A stretch of 64,000 nt of DNA from Octopus sinensis. Lineage: Eukaryota. The notes beneath the pieces were generated by a model. The model was not told where the DNA came from. It made no database searches and worked only from the letters and a program-made list of their open reading frames with translations. The DNA lies in assembly GCF_006345805.1 (NCBI RefSeq), contig NC_043012.1, positions 5,332,001 to 5,396,000 of the forward strand, given 5' to 3'. Every line of letters begins with the position of its first letter. The stretch's first letter is position 1. The position numbers and the translations under genes are program-made. Below, piece by piece: positions 11,655 through 23,033 of this stretch.

Positions 11655-14600
11655 AGAGAACATGTCTACTGAGTGACTGTCCCTTCACTCATCTTCCAGG
11701 GACCCGACGCACAAACAGAAACGGGCTTCAAGCCAAAACACAAACCTGAATAAAAAAAAAAAATAGAAACACACCATGCTGCAGTAATGCTGGTCCAGTC
11801 TTTCAGAAAGACACAAAAACAACAACAACAAAAGTGGAAACTACACCCTATCCAACAGTGCAACCACACCTCCAGCCAAAAACTGCTCCCTAAGCAGGAA
11901 AATTCTTTTTTAGCCATGTTGAACATGGCAAAAGAGATACACAAAAACATTCTAGCCATCACTCAACACCATCCTATGCTATTACCCCAGTGCACCAATT
12001 CCCCACATTGCTGCCACTAACACACACAAAGAATCCAAGCCCCCTGCAACAGTCAAAACCAGCCACTACACTAACCTCCACGTTCCTACTCAATGCACAA
12101 GGTGTCAGCCCTTCCATCAATGCACAAAAATGGAAGGTCCAATTCATTGAAGACTGGGTTGGTAACCATTCACACCACATCCCTTTCTTCATTCTCACTG
12201 AGACCCACCTTGACAACTCCCACTTGGAAGCCGAAGTGAGAGTGAAGAATTTCACAACCATCCGCGCGGATCGTATCGGCAGGAGGAAGGGGGTGGAACT
12301 GCCATTTCCTGCATGATTCATTTACGGCAGATGGGAATAGTATATTCTCCAACGGCTACTGTGAATCAGTCACCGTGCACAACAAAGCCAATGACCTGAC
12401 AGTAATTGGGCTCTATAGGCCGCCCCAAAAACCCATACTGTGCTTTAAAGAATGCCTCAACAGCATTAAGTGCTTTATCAACAGTGCCATTCTAGCAACA
12501 TACTCATGATGGGAGACTTCAATCTACCTGTGTTGACTGGACTACAAACTGTTTTGAAACCAAGCACTCCCGCCTCAACCGCTGACAAAGAAGCAGCAGA
12601 GTCACTTTTCGACTTTACGAATGAGTTTTTCTTGTCCCAACTTGTCCTTGCACCAACAAGACATCAGAACATTTTGGACCTAGTGTTTAGTAACCACACT
12701 AACACTATACATAACGTTACAGTGGAAAAAACCCTTCTTTCAGACCATGACATGAAAATTCCACCAGCCGAAAGCTAATCTAGTGACTTCCTCCACCCAC
12801 CCATTGATGACAACATGGATCTCCATAATGCCAACTGGGATGCAATCAGGAACGAGCTATCACATGTTGACTGGTCCTTTACACATACACACATCTCCAC
12901 CAACCATAAAACATCTTGGCAGATCTTTGTAGACACCGTCACAGACATATGTGCAAAACACTCCCCACCAAGACCTGTGAACAAAAAGTGCAGAATCCCC
13001 CAAAACAGAAAAACCATTATCAGAAAAATAAAAAGAACAAACAAAAAAATTAACAAACTAAAGTACTGCCAACAGCAACACACACATTCGACGGCTATCG
13101 CACTGCTTGAATCCAAAAAATAACCTCCACAATGCATGAAGACCCTCATCAATAACCAAAGATCAGCTGAGGAGAAGTGGGCCATTGAAAAAAAATCAAA
13201 CTCAACCCCAAAGTGTTCTTTTCATTTGCGAGGAAACGCAGGGTCACTGTCTCCACTGTAGGCCCTCTAATTGACGAAACTGGCACTCTCCAAGATAATG
13301 CCAAATCCATGGCCGAGATACTGCAGAGAAACAATACTGCTCTGTTTTTCAGCAATCCTGATATGGCCGATCTGGGCTGTATCAGTGATGTCAACCCCCA
13401 ACACACTATATCGGACATAACGATTAGTGCCCCTGATGTCTTAGCGGCGATAAACGAAATAAAACACAATTCAGCAGTAGGCCCCGATAGGTTCCCTGCT
13501 TGTGTCCTGAAGGTGTGTCGACACCAACTTGCATCTCCCCTTGATAATCTGTGGAGAAACTCACTGGATGCTGGCTATATTCCAAAAAACCTTCTGTCCC
13601 AGTTTTCAAAAAGGGAAACAAGTCCCTTGCAGTGAATTACCGTCCGATCTCACTCACCTATCATATCATCAAGGTATTTGAGAGGGTGGTGAGATCTCGA
13701 ATAACCCAATTTCTGGAAAGCAACAGACGGCTGATCTCCAACCAACATGGGTTCCGTAATGGAAGGGACTGCCTAACGCAGCTCCTGCATCACTTTGAGG
13801 ACATTTTGAGAGCTTTGGGAGAGGGCTCCAACACCGATGTCATCTACCTTGATTTCAGTAAGGCCTTCGACAGGGTCGATCACAAGATCCTATTGAAAAA
13901 ACTATCCAACATTGGTGTCTCTGGAAAGTTACTGAAATGGATCAAGTGTTTCCTGACAGACAGATCTCAACATGTTGTGTAGTTGAAGGGGTAAAATCAA
14001 GCCCAGCCAAAGTCAGTAGTGGCTTCCGCAAGGCACTGTGCTGGGCCCACTTCTTTTCATCATTTACATTAATGACATTAATGACATCATCAAGCACAGC
14101 AACATAAAAATCTTTGCAGATGACTCCAAGCTACAGAAGGTCATAAATGAGGCGAGTGACCGGACATGCTTTCAGTCAGATCTACTGGCTGTTATCCAAT
14201 GGGCAGAAAAAAACAATATGCTGCTGAACGAGGATAAATTTGAGCTAATCCACTTGGAAAAGAGGATGCCCTGAAACTCCCATACTCCCTTCCTTCAGGT
14301 GAAACTCTCGCGGCGTCCAACAACATCAGAGACCTGGGAGTAATTGTGGACAACAACATAAGCTGGGCCACTCATATAAACACCAAAGTTGACATGGCCC
14401 GCAGAATGTGTTCCTGGATTCTCAGAACTTTCCAGTCGAGAGATATCCCACCATTATCCTTCTCTTCTCCACTTTTGCCCGACCCCACCTTGAATACTGT
14501 TGTCCACTGTGGTCTCCCCACACAATACAAGGTATCATAAAGTTGAAGCACCTCAAAGGGCAATCACAAAAAGATAGATGGCATGACAGGCCTCGACTAT

Positions 14601-15084
14601 TGGGGTCGACTAGAAAAGCTAAAACTCTATTCTCTCCAACGTCGTCGTGAGCGCTACATCATCTGCATGATGTGGAAAATATTCCATCAGCATTGCCCAA
14701 ATGATGTTGGCATCACCTTTAAGGTACATCCAAGGCTTGGGCCCCGTGCCATCCGCCCAAAACAAAAATCGCACTCTCATCTCATAACAACAATACGGCA
14801 CAATTATTCACCTCAATTGGTCCCGCTCTCTTTAACATTACACCAAAACACATTAAAACAGAAACTGACCCTATAGGGTTCAAGAAGTCTTTGGACAGAT
14901 TCCTTCAAGAAGTCCCGGATAAACCCCCTACACCCGGATATGTCTCTGTAAACAATAACTCTCTACTTGAGTGGGCCATAGTGCCCAAATTCTGACTTGA
15001 AAGACTTCACCAGGTGGTGCTATTAAGTTAGACATGGCCTGGGCCAATAATGGCCGAAACCTATCAAAGTATCAAAGTATCAAA

Positions 15085-15088
<4 letters not shown>
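11655..15088 (+). mobile_element. 5'-truncated CR1/L2-group LINE (ORF1 remnant plus APE-RT ORF2, frameshifted)
   Basis: APE motifs (FFILTETHL, MMGDFNLP, ILDLVFSN, LSDH), RT motifs (NYRPISLT, QHGFR, YLDFSKAFDRVDH, LGPLLFIIYIND, FADDSKL), C-terminal RPHLEYCCPLWSPH and LYSLQRRRERY; 3' tail (ATCAAAGT)x3 at about 15063-15088. Confidence 0.93.
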
Positions 15089-15140
<52 letters not shown>

Positions 15141-15172
15141 TTATAGAAGGAGCTTCTACAGGACTAGAACTG

Positions 15173-15211
<39 letters not shown>

Positions 15212-15389
15212 CATACATACATACAACTACATACATACATACATATATGCATACATACACACACATACACACAAGTACACACCACACACACACACATATA
15301 TATATTATATATATATATATATATACTATTAAATACTATTAAATGGAATAAATGATAATATACAATTCACGATGGATCATAACGAATAA

Positions 15390-16346
15390 GAATTACTATT
15401 TTTAGACATCCTCATTAAGAAAACCGGCAACAAAATAGAGACAGATGTCTATTATAAACCGACAGACTCCAAACAGTACCTTCTCTTTGATTCATGCCAC
15501 CCACGACACACTAGAATAAATGTCCCTTTTTGTCTAGCTAGAAGGATTTGCACCATAATATCAGACACAAACACCCGACACACACGTCTCCAGGAACTTA
15601 GAACCACACTCGCAAATAGAAACTATCCACAGCCCCTAATAGACAGTGCAATCCAACGGGCACTTAAATTAAGTATAGAAGACCTGAGACAAACAAAACC
15701 AAAAAAGAAAGAACAATTAAAAACCCTTCCCTACATCTCTACACACAACCCACTTAACAATGAGGCCTTCAGCACCATACTACAAAGCACAGCCCTGCTA
15801 AAGGGAGACCCAAAGATGAACCGGATCCTCGAAACACACACCATCATTAAAAGTAAACGGCAACCAAAATCCTTGAAAAGGATTTTAACCCAAGCTAAAC
15901 TGCACCCAACATCAACCACAAAACCAGCAGTTAGAAAATGTGGAAGGCCCAACTGCGGAATCTGTGTCATCTTAGTAGAAGGTTCAGAATTTATACTAGA
16001 ACAAGGCTATCAGTTCACCATTAGAACAAACTTCACCTGTGCATCAGAAAACTTAATTTACGTCTTAACATGCATAGGCTGCAATAGGCAATATATAGGC
16101 CATACAAAAAATAGCTTACGTAACAGGATGGCGGTGCATAAATCACAAATTAGAAACCCTGAATACCGGAAAATACCGGTAAGCGGACACATAGATAGAT
16201 GTGCTGCAAATGAAAATCCGAAATTTACAACTTACCCACTTTACAAATTCAGTGACAGCGTAACCTTCACGCAACGCCAAAATAAAGAACTTTATTTCAT
16301 CAAAAAATTTAGACCAAGTTTGAACACCCTGGGCCAGGAATATTAA
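15390..16346 (+). CDS. Open frame of PLE polyprotein C-terminus (about 318 codons), no start codon; one in-frame TAA at 15387-15389
   Basis: The frame of the listed ORF 15816-16346 stays open upstream to 15390; homology (IQFTMDHNE*ELLFLD) continues past the stop. Confidence 0.8.
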   Translation, partial: ELLFLDILIKKTGNKIETDVYYKPTDSKQYLLFDSCHPRHTRINVPFCLARRICTIISDTNTRHTRLQELRTTLANRNYPQPLIDSAIQRALKLSIEDLRQTKPKKKEQLKTLPYISTHNPLNNEAFSTILQSTALLKGDPKMNRILETHTIIKSKRQPKSLKRILTQAKLHPTSTTKPAVRKCGRPNCGICVILVEGSEFILEQGYQFTIRTNFTCASENLIYVLTCIGCNRQYIGHTKNSLRNRMAVHKSQIRNPEYRKIPVSGHIDRCAANENPKFTTYPLYKFSDSVTFTQRQNKELYFIKKFRPSLNTLGQEY

Positions 16347-16594
16347 AACAAAACATTGGTCTTCCGAAAAAGAAAAAACGAAACTCTACCACAACTACTA
16401 CGACTGCTCCCACTAGCACTACCACTACTACAACCACCGTGGTCACTGTTACTACGGCCACAGTGAGAGAATTAAAATAGTGGAGGTGGGGGCAATTACA
16501 ATTTCTCAGATCCTTAAACAGTCACTCCTGCTGGCAGTGGTATGTCTTAGGGAAGGAAACATTTATAAAAAGATCCTTTTTTTCTCTGCGAACA

Positions 16595-17000
16595 GATCTG
16601 ATTTTGATTAGTCAAAAAATTGATGACGTTTTACCTCAGTAGTCAAGCTTGTCGCCATGCTTGATTGGTTTCCTTACAAGATACAGTTATGGGCCAGGTC
16701 TAATTCTGATTCGTTAAAAAATTGATGACGTTTTTCTTCCGTGGTCAAACTAGCCGTTCTGCAAGGTTAGCCACCTAACAGGATACAATTATGGGTCAGA
16801 TCTGACGTTGATTCGCTAAAAAATTGATGACGTTTTTCTTCCGTGGTCAAACTAGCCGTTCTGCAAGTTTAGCCACCTCACAGGATACAATTATGGGTCA
16901 GATCTAATTTTGATTCGCTAAAAAATTAATGAAGTTTTTCTTCCGTGGTCAAACTTGTCGTTCTGCTTGGCTGGTTTCCTAAACAGGATACAGTTGGGGG
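16595..17000 (+). repeat. About 102-bp tandem repeat, about 4 units, in the PLE 3' region
   Basis: AAAAATTGATGACGTTTT..C.GT.GTCAA recurs at about 16615, 16717, 16819 and 16921. Confidence 0.9.
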
Positions 17001-17349
17001 TCTTTTCCTTATATTCGTTGAAGCTTGGCTTTGATTATATGACGTCAGTGAACAGTGCCAGAGACCACGGCTACTACTGCTTTCACAGCCACAACTTAAC
17101 TGATATAAACCCAACGATCACAAGTTTACCAAAATTAAGCTAACAGTCGACGACCAAGAATCACTACTGTTGCTCCCATCGGAACACAAGGTAAAATCTA
17201 TAATGAACTCCTGCACTACACTTGACAAAACAGTAAGGAACGACTTACACCTTATAATATATTTTTCGCCTTTTGAAGAACATGGATTCTATTGAATGTA
17301 TGAAACAATTATGAACTGTTCCATTATACTCTTTATTATAAAAAAAATA

Positions 17350-17397
17350 TTTTTTTTGATAAGGTTCGTTATTTCAAGAACCGAAACATGTAAAATT
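17350..17397 (+). ncRNA. Decayed minimal type-I hammerhead ribozyme
   Basis: TTGATAA (CUGAUGA with 2 transitions), stem II GGTTC/GAACC, GAAA, palindromic stem III ACATGT, GUA site, T-run/AAA stem I. Confidence 0.55.
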
Positions 17398-17456
17398 AAA
17401 ATTTATCTAATATAGTGGCATTTTCAAACTTCTTTTTTACAAATATATATATTATA

Positions 17457-17499
<43 letters not shown>

Positions 17500-17502
<3 letters not shown>

Positions 17503-17660
17503 GACTGGCTTCTTTCAGTTATCGTCTATCAGATCCCGTCATAAGGTTTTGGTCAGCCCGAGGCTATAGTAGAAGACACTTGCCCAATGTGCCACACAGT
17601 GGGACTGAACCCGAAACCATGTAACTGGGAAGCAAGCTTCTTACCACACAGCCACGCCGT
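17500..17660 (-). mobile_element. Family B SINE 5' half
   Basis: Reverse complement of the head and CORE-like region. Confidence 0.8.
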
Positions 17661-18193
17661 TTAATCTGTTTTTGGCTAAAGGCCTATGCTTCTCGTTGTT
17701 GGCTTGGCTACCACCTGTTAGTTCCATCTCCCAAAGAAATCCGATCGAATGGTTATACAGGTAAAAATAAAGTCCATAAATTTTCAGGTAAATTATACAG
17801 GTAAAAATAAAGTCCATAAATTTTCATCTCCTTCAAAAAAAAAAAAAATTTTAGGTTGTAACTTGAAAGGGATTTGCCTGCTTTTTCTAGGAAGGCCGAG
17901 CGACTGTGGAGATACTACTTCTCACTGTTTGTTATCCAATAGGTTATTCATTCTGCCATCTGTCGTCTGACGTAAGTATGTAAAACTGCAAAGCGAGATG
18001 CAGAACTCATTTATGTGTCAAATTTGTCATATCAAATTATTTGCTTCGTATAATTCCATTTACCGTTAAAAATAATTGAATATTTCGAGCTAAATCAGAT
18101 TATATACTTCACCTAAGTGTACTTTAGAATTACTTTTTTGGTTTATTATTATTATTATCATCATCATCATTATTATTATTATTATTATTATTA

Positions 18194-18231
<38 letters not shown>

Positions 18232-18507
18232 GTTGTGTAATATTTTATTATAAAATGTCATGTTGTATTAGATCTTACATCTGACACGGAAGGTGCAACA
18301 ATATCGCCTTTGGAATCAATGCTCTGCTTCAATTTAGATCACTAAAATAATCATTCGTAATTTTCCTTTGCACAGGCCTCCGCGGCTATGCTGAGGTATG
18401 GACTAAAACAGTTTTCGTCCATCATATCAAACATAGCACGTATTTCAATCCAGCATATTTCCTACTGAAAACTGTTCCTCAAATGTTACTTAGATAGATG
18501 CTACTTA

Positions 18508-18682
18508 GGCGTAGGAGTGGCTGTGTGGTAAGTAGCTTGCTTACCAACCACATGGTTCCGGGTTCAGTCCCACTGTGTGGAACCTTGGGCAAGTGTCTTC
18601 TACTATAGCTTCGGCCCGACCAAAGCCTTGTGAGTGGACTTGGTTGACGGAAACTGAAAGAAGCCCGTCGTCTATATGTATG

Positions 18683-18733
<51 letters not shown>

Positions 18734-19060
18734 ATGTATGTATGTATGCATGTATGAATGTATGTATGTATGTATGTATGTATGTATGTATGTATGTATG
18801 TATGTATGTATGTATGTGTGTATGTATGCATGTATGCGTGTATACGTTTGTGTATCCGTGTTTGCTCCCCAACATCGCTTGACAACCGATGCTGGTGTGT
18901 TTACGTCCCCGTAACTTTCGGCAAAAGAGACCGATAGAATAAGTACCAGGCTTACAAAGAATAAGTCCTGGGCTCGATTTCCTCAACTAAAGGCGGCGCT
19001 CCAGCATGGCCACATTCAAATGACTGAAACAAGTAAAAGAGTAAAAGAGTAAAAGAATAG
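18508..19060 (+). mobile_element. Full-length family B (CORE-like) SINE with expanded (TATG)n centre
   Basis: GGAGTGGCTGTGTGGTAAG...GGGTTCAGTCCC head, ACCTTGGGCAAGTGTC core, (AAAAGAGT)n tail followed by a (GATA)n array. Confidence 0.92.
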
Positions 19061-19089
19061 ATAGCTAGATAGATAGATAGATAGATAGC

Positions 19090-19202
<113 letters not shown>

Positions 19203-19749
19203 TGTTGCACTCGCGATCTAGCGATCGTGTTTTCAATACCTAGACTGGGTGGTGTGTTGTGTTCTTGAGTAAAATACTTCTCCTTACGTGGCTCTACGAT
19301 CACTTCGACACTTGGCGTGAGGGAAAGCGTGAAACTGTTCAGACAACATTGATTTTATGGAGGGAGTAAGCGGCACGAACATTTGATCACAATACATAAA
19401 AATTTGTGCCTCTTTCGTCAAAAGCTGATCACATATACACTGTCTTCAACGGGAGAGTCTATCATATATGTATACACACACGCACTCGTGTGTTTGTGTA
19501 GAGACACTGTAAAGCGTTTAGGTTCACTACTTAGTCTTCTGGGGTACAAGGTCACCTCACTGGTGTTGGTGTTAAGAGGATATACACATAGTACAGTATC
19601 TAAAGTGCTTGCAAAAACGAACGGAGACAGCATTGGTTCAAGAGAATTTGTTTCTTAATCACCCTGTAGAATCCGGTGCACTATTTCAGAAAAATGAATC
19701 TAAGGACCATTAGTCATACATGATTGTAAATATCTCCTCTCACTGTACA

Positions 19750-19890
19750 TAATCCTTTCTACTATAGGCACAAGGATGAATGGTAAAGTCGCCCTCAGCG
19801 GAATTTGAACTCAGAACGTAACGACAGGCAAAATACCTCTAAGCATTTCGCTCGGCGTGCTAACGTTTCTGGCAGCTCACTGCCGTTCTC
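19750..19890 (-). mobile_element. Family C SINE, internally deleted
   Basis: Reverse complement of the family C head. Confidence 0.75.
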
Positions 19891-20919
19891 ACTGTGCATA
19901 ATGCCGACGCCATGTTCTTATATGTGAAATTGTGCAACTTCTGCTGCTCGATTTAGGTTAAATCAGTTTCCTTCCTGAGGGGATATCAGTGATGAATCAA
20001 AAATAGAATTAAAAATAGTCTTCAAACTTGTCCAGCATTGTGAAGGCGAAGAATGAATTACACAGATGTCCATTCTATTCCCTCATCTCTTTAATAACAA
20101 ATAAGGTGTAAAATTTTCACAGACAATTTTTAGATAGGGAGTGCTGGTCTTCAAAATCATGGAAGTAGATGCTATTTTTATTCTGTACGAAAAATAGGAG
20201 TTGGACGCAGGCATGGCTGTGTGGTAATGAAATTCACTTTGATGCCACCTTCTACTATAGCCTCGAGCTGTCCAATGCCTTGTGGGGACTTTGGTTGAGG
20301 GAAACTGTGTGGAAGCGCATCGTGTGTGTGTGTGAGAGAGAGAGAGAGAGTGTGTGTGTGAGTGTGTGTATGTGTGTGTGAGTGTGTGTGTGTGTGTGTG
20401 TGTATGTGTGTGTCTGTGTGTGCGTGTATGTGCGTGTGTGTGCGTATTTATATTTTATAAGCTTAAGGCTTATAAGCTATCACCGTACGTTGACTAAGGT
20501 AAATATTTTAATATTGTGGCATATAAGCCCCTGACGGAAACACGTAGTTTGCCGAAAATGTGTGTGTGTGTGTGTGTGTGGTTCGTACATTCAGTTCACG
20601 AAAATATTCAGCACAGAATAGCGTTCATAGAGATTGCGTATAACTTCGCTTGTCGTTATTTTTATATGTACCTGATCTGCCATCTTTTCATACATCTTTC
20701 TTTTTCTGCTAAGAAAAAAATTTTAATTTTAGCTTCTAAAATTCTAATCAAACTTTGGTGGAAGAATTTTTGCTTCTGCTTCTGCTGCTGCTGCGGTAAT
20801 TGATTTAGTTCTTTTGTTGACTTCAAATTACGTCATACCATGTTGCAGGTTTGTTTACTTGAAAGTTAAAATAGTGTTGTTGTAATAATGGTAATTGGTT
20901 TCTTAAATGTTTCTCTCTT

Positions 20920-21335
20920 CGAGGGGGCGCTGAGAAGTTCCTAGCTTGAAGGGTATTGAGAAAGCCTAGTTGGAGGCCCACCCATCTGAGTTTTTTTACA
21001 GGGCTTAAAAAACTTGAAGGAATGCTGCAATAAGTGCGTGATTCTGAGAGGGGAATATGTTGAATAAAATCATAATTGACTGAACCTCTTGTATTTTCAT
21101 TTATCCAAAGACAGGAACTTTTCCGCAGAAAAGTTCCTGGCTTTAAGGGTATCGCGAGAGGCCTGGCTGGAAGTCCAACCTTCCGAGTTCTTTTACAGGA
21201 CTTATGAAAACTGAAGGGGCGCTACAATAAGTGTGTGAATCTGGGAGAGGGAATATGTTGAATTAAGTCACAGTTAACTGGCTGCTCCTGTATTTTGTTT
21301 CACCCGAAAGCAAGGAACTTTTCAGCCCCACCCCA
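20920..21335 (+). mobile_element. Two tandem copies of a mariner-derived MITE (about 205 bp each)
   Basis: TIR-like ends CGAGGGGGCGCTGAGAAGTTCC / GGAACTTTTC..C; the interior reads as a decayed transposase C-terminus (FTGLKKLEG..NKCV..RGEYVE-like); further copies at 26595-26791 and 32005-32105. Confidence 0.75.
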
Positions 21336-21437
21336 TCATCACTTGTATTTCTTTGATGTATACCGGCGAACGATGTAAATATTCGATAGAAAAGAAAATA
21401 TTAACAGCTTTTTTGAACAACATTCCTTGTGATAATT

Positions 21438-21545
21438 ATTTACATCATTTACATTGGACGGATGTGTGTCCCCATCTTGTTTGTTACCACGCCTTCATCA
21501 GGTGTCCTGCTAGAATTTTGAACCCTAAGGTATTTTTGCTGTCAT
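21438..21545 (-). mobile_element. Tail of the tRNA-TAA-hammerhead element, minus copy, ribozyme partly deleted
   Basis: Minus strand CAGCAAAAATACCTTAGGG...GGACACCTGATGAAGGC[deletion]...AACAAACAAGATG..GTCCAATGTAAAT matches 25260-25410. Confidence 0.85.
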
Positions 21546-21569
21546 TATTATTATTATTATTATTAATTA

Positions 21570-21603
<34 letters not shown>

Positions 21604-21625
21604 ATTATTAATATTATTATTATTA

Positions 21626-21700
<75 letters not shown>

Positions 21701-21731
21701 TATTAATATATATTATTATTATTATTATTAA

Positions 21732-21801
<70 letters not shown>

Positions 21802-21845
21802 TATTATTATTATTATTATATTATTATTATTATTATTATTATTAA

Positions 21846-21903
<58 letters not shown>

Positions 21904-21909
21904 ATATTA

Positions 21910-21953
<44 letters not shown>
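21542..21953. repeat. Long (TTA)n microsatellite
   Basis: Direct inspection. Confidence 0.97.
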
Positions 21954-21954
<1 letters not shown>

Positions 21955-22499
21955 TGAGTGAGAGGGCAGTGCATGCCATCAAAGTGACACTGGGGTACAA
22001 ATATACGAAGCCCAATATACCCATCATGACTACTTGTCTGATAAGGGTACACCAGGTACATGCATCACAACCATATGTGTGCGACATGGTTTATCTCGTA
22101 TCAAGATTAACAGCGCATGACCTTGCAGGTGGGGCCCAGTTAGAATTTTTTTCAGGTCGAGCACTCCGTCCCGCTCAAAAGATCCCTGAATAAGGATGTT
22201 GAACGAAACACCCATGTTCCCAGAGGGGAATTATCTAAACCCCAAAGAATTCCTCTCAACACAAGGCTATGATACTCCCCCACTACTTATGCTCGTGATC
22301 AGAGATGCACATATCGTCAGCCAGTAAGGACATGCTTAACTGGTTAAGGTCAAGCAACTGACAAGCAAATCTGTGGTATTGAGCAGAATATTTGCTGTAG
22401 CCCAACTTTTATACGAAGACAAAACAATGTGCATGATAACACTTCCAATCAGTTAAGATCAGAAGCCATGAGAGCCACTGTGTGGTACTGCTTCAGGGT
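21954..22499 (-). mobile_element. About 545-bp non-coding element bounded on both sides by (TAA)n, probably a non-autonomous TAA-targeted retroelement
   Basis: Complex-sequence island with sharp edges between two TTA arrays; no convincing ORF; orientation inferred from the TAA strand. Confidence 0.55.
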
Positions 22500-22510
22500 A
22501 ATTATTATTA

Positions 22511-22563
<53 letters not shown>

Positions 22564-22568
22564 CATCA

Positions 22569-22622
<54 letters not shown>

Positions 22623-22796
22623 TATTATTATCTTTTTTCTTCTTCTTTCAAATTTGCTTCCAGTTCTTGCCGAGTGTCTTCCCGACTCCTAGGGCAAAGA
22701 AACTCATAGTATACATTGGTAGGCCATTAAACTAAACTCACTAGTTCGTTCATTTTTTTTTAAAGTTAAATTAAAATACATGGGTAGTAATAGTAA

Positions 22797-22839
<43 letters not shown>

Positions 22840-22843
22840 TATT

Positions 22844-22874
22844 ATTTATTCAAGGCACTGCCTGGAATTGAACT
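22844..22874 (-). mobile_element. Inverted 3' fragment of the tRNA-like head (31 bp)
   Basis: Reverse complement of 22936-22966 with 2 mismatches, continuing into (TTA)n on the left. Confidence 0.85.
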
Positions 22875-22877
22875 ATA

Positions 22878-22960
22878 TGCCTACAGCCATATAGCGTAAT
22901 GGTTAAGAGCGCAGGCTGCTAACCCCAAGATTCCGAGTTCAATTCTAGGCAGTTCCTTGA
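22878..22960 (+). mobile_element. tRNA-derived SINE head (pseudo-tRNA, loop CTGCTAA)
   Basis: A-box-like TAGCGTAATGGTT and B-box-like GAGTTCAATTC; anticodon and acceptor stems imperfect, so not a functional tRNA; followed by (TAA)n. Confidence 0.75.
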
Positions 22961-22972
22961 ATAAATATAATA

Positions 22973-23030
<58 letters not shown>

Positions 23031-23033
<3 letters not shown>

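Larger units (their letters stand above)
15325..17400 (+). mobile_element. 5'-truncated Penelope-like element (RT thumb, Cys-rich linker, GIY-YIG endonuclease, long 3' region)
   Basis: FLDILIK..ETDVYYKPTDSKQYLLFDSCHPRH; CGRPNCGIC linker; LIYVLTCIGC..QYIG..RNRMAVH; flanked by TA microsatellites; decayed hammerhead at the 3' end. Confidence 0.92.

Noticed and set aside
16595-17000. CRISPR-like array
   Set aside because: Whole 102-bp units are homologous with no unique spacers; eukaryotic context with no cas genes.
22878-22960. Possible functional tRNA-Ser(GCT)
   Set aside because: Anticodon and acceptor stems do not pair properly, there is no long variable arm, and it is followed by (TAA)n and mirrored by an inverted fragment, so it is treated as a SINE head.
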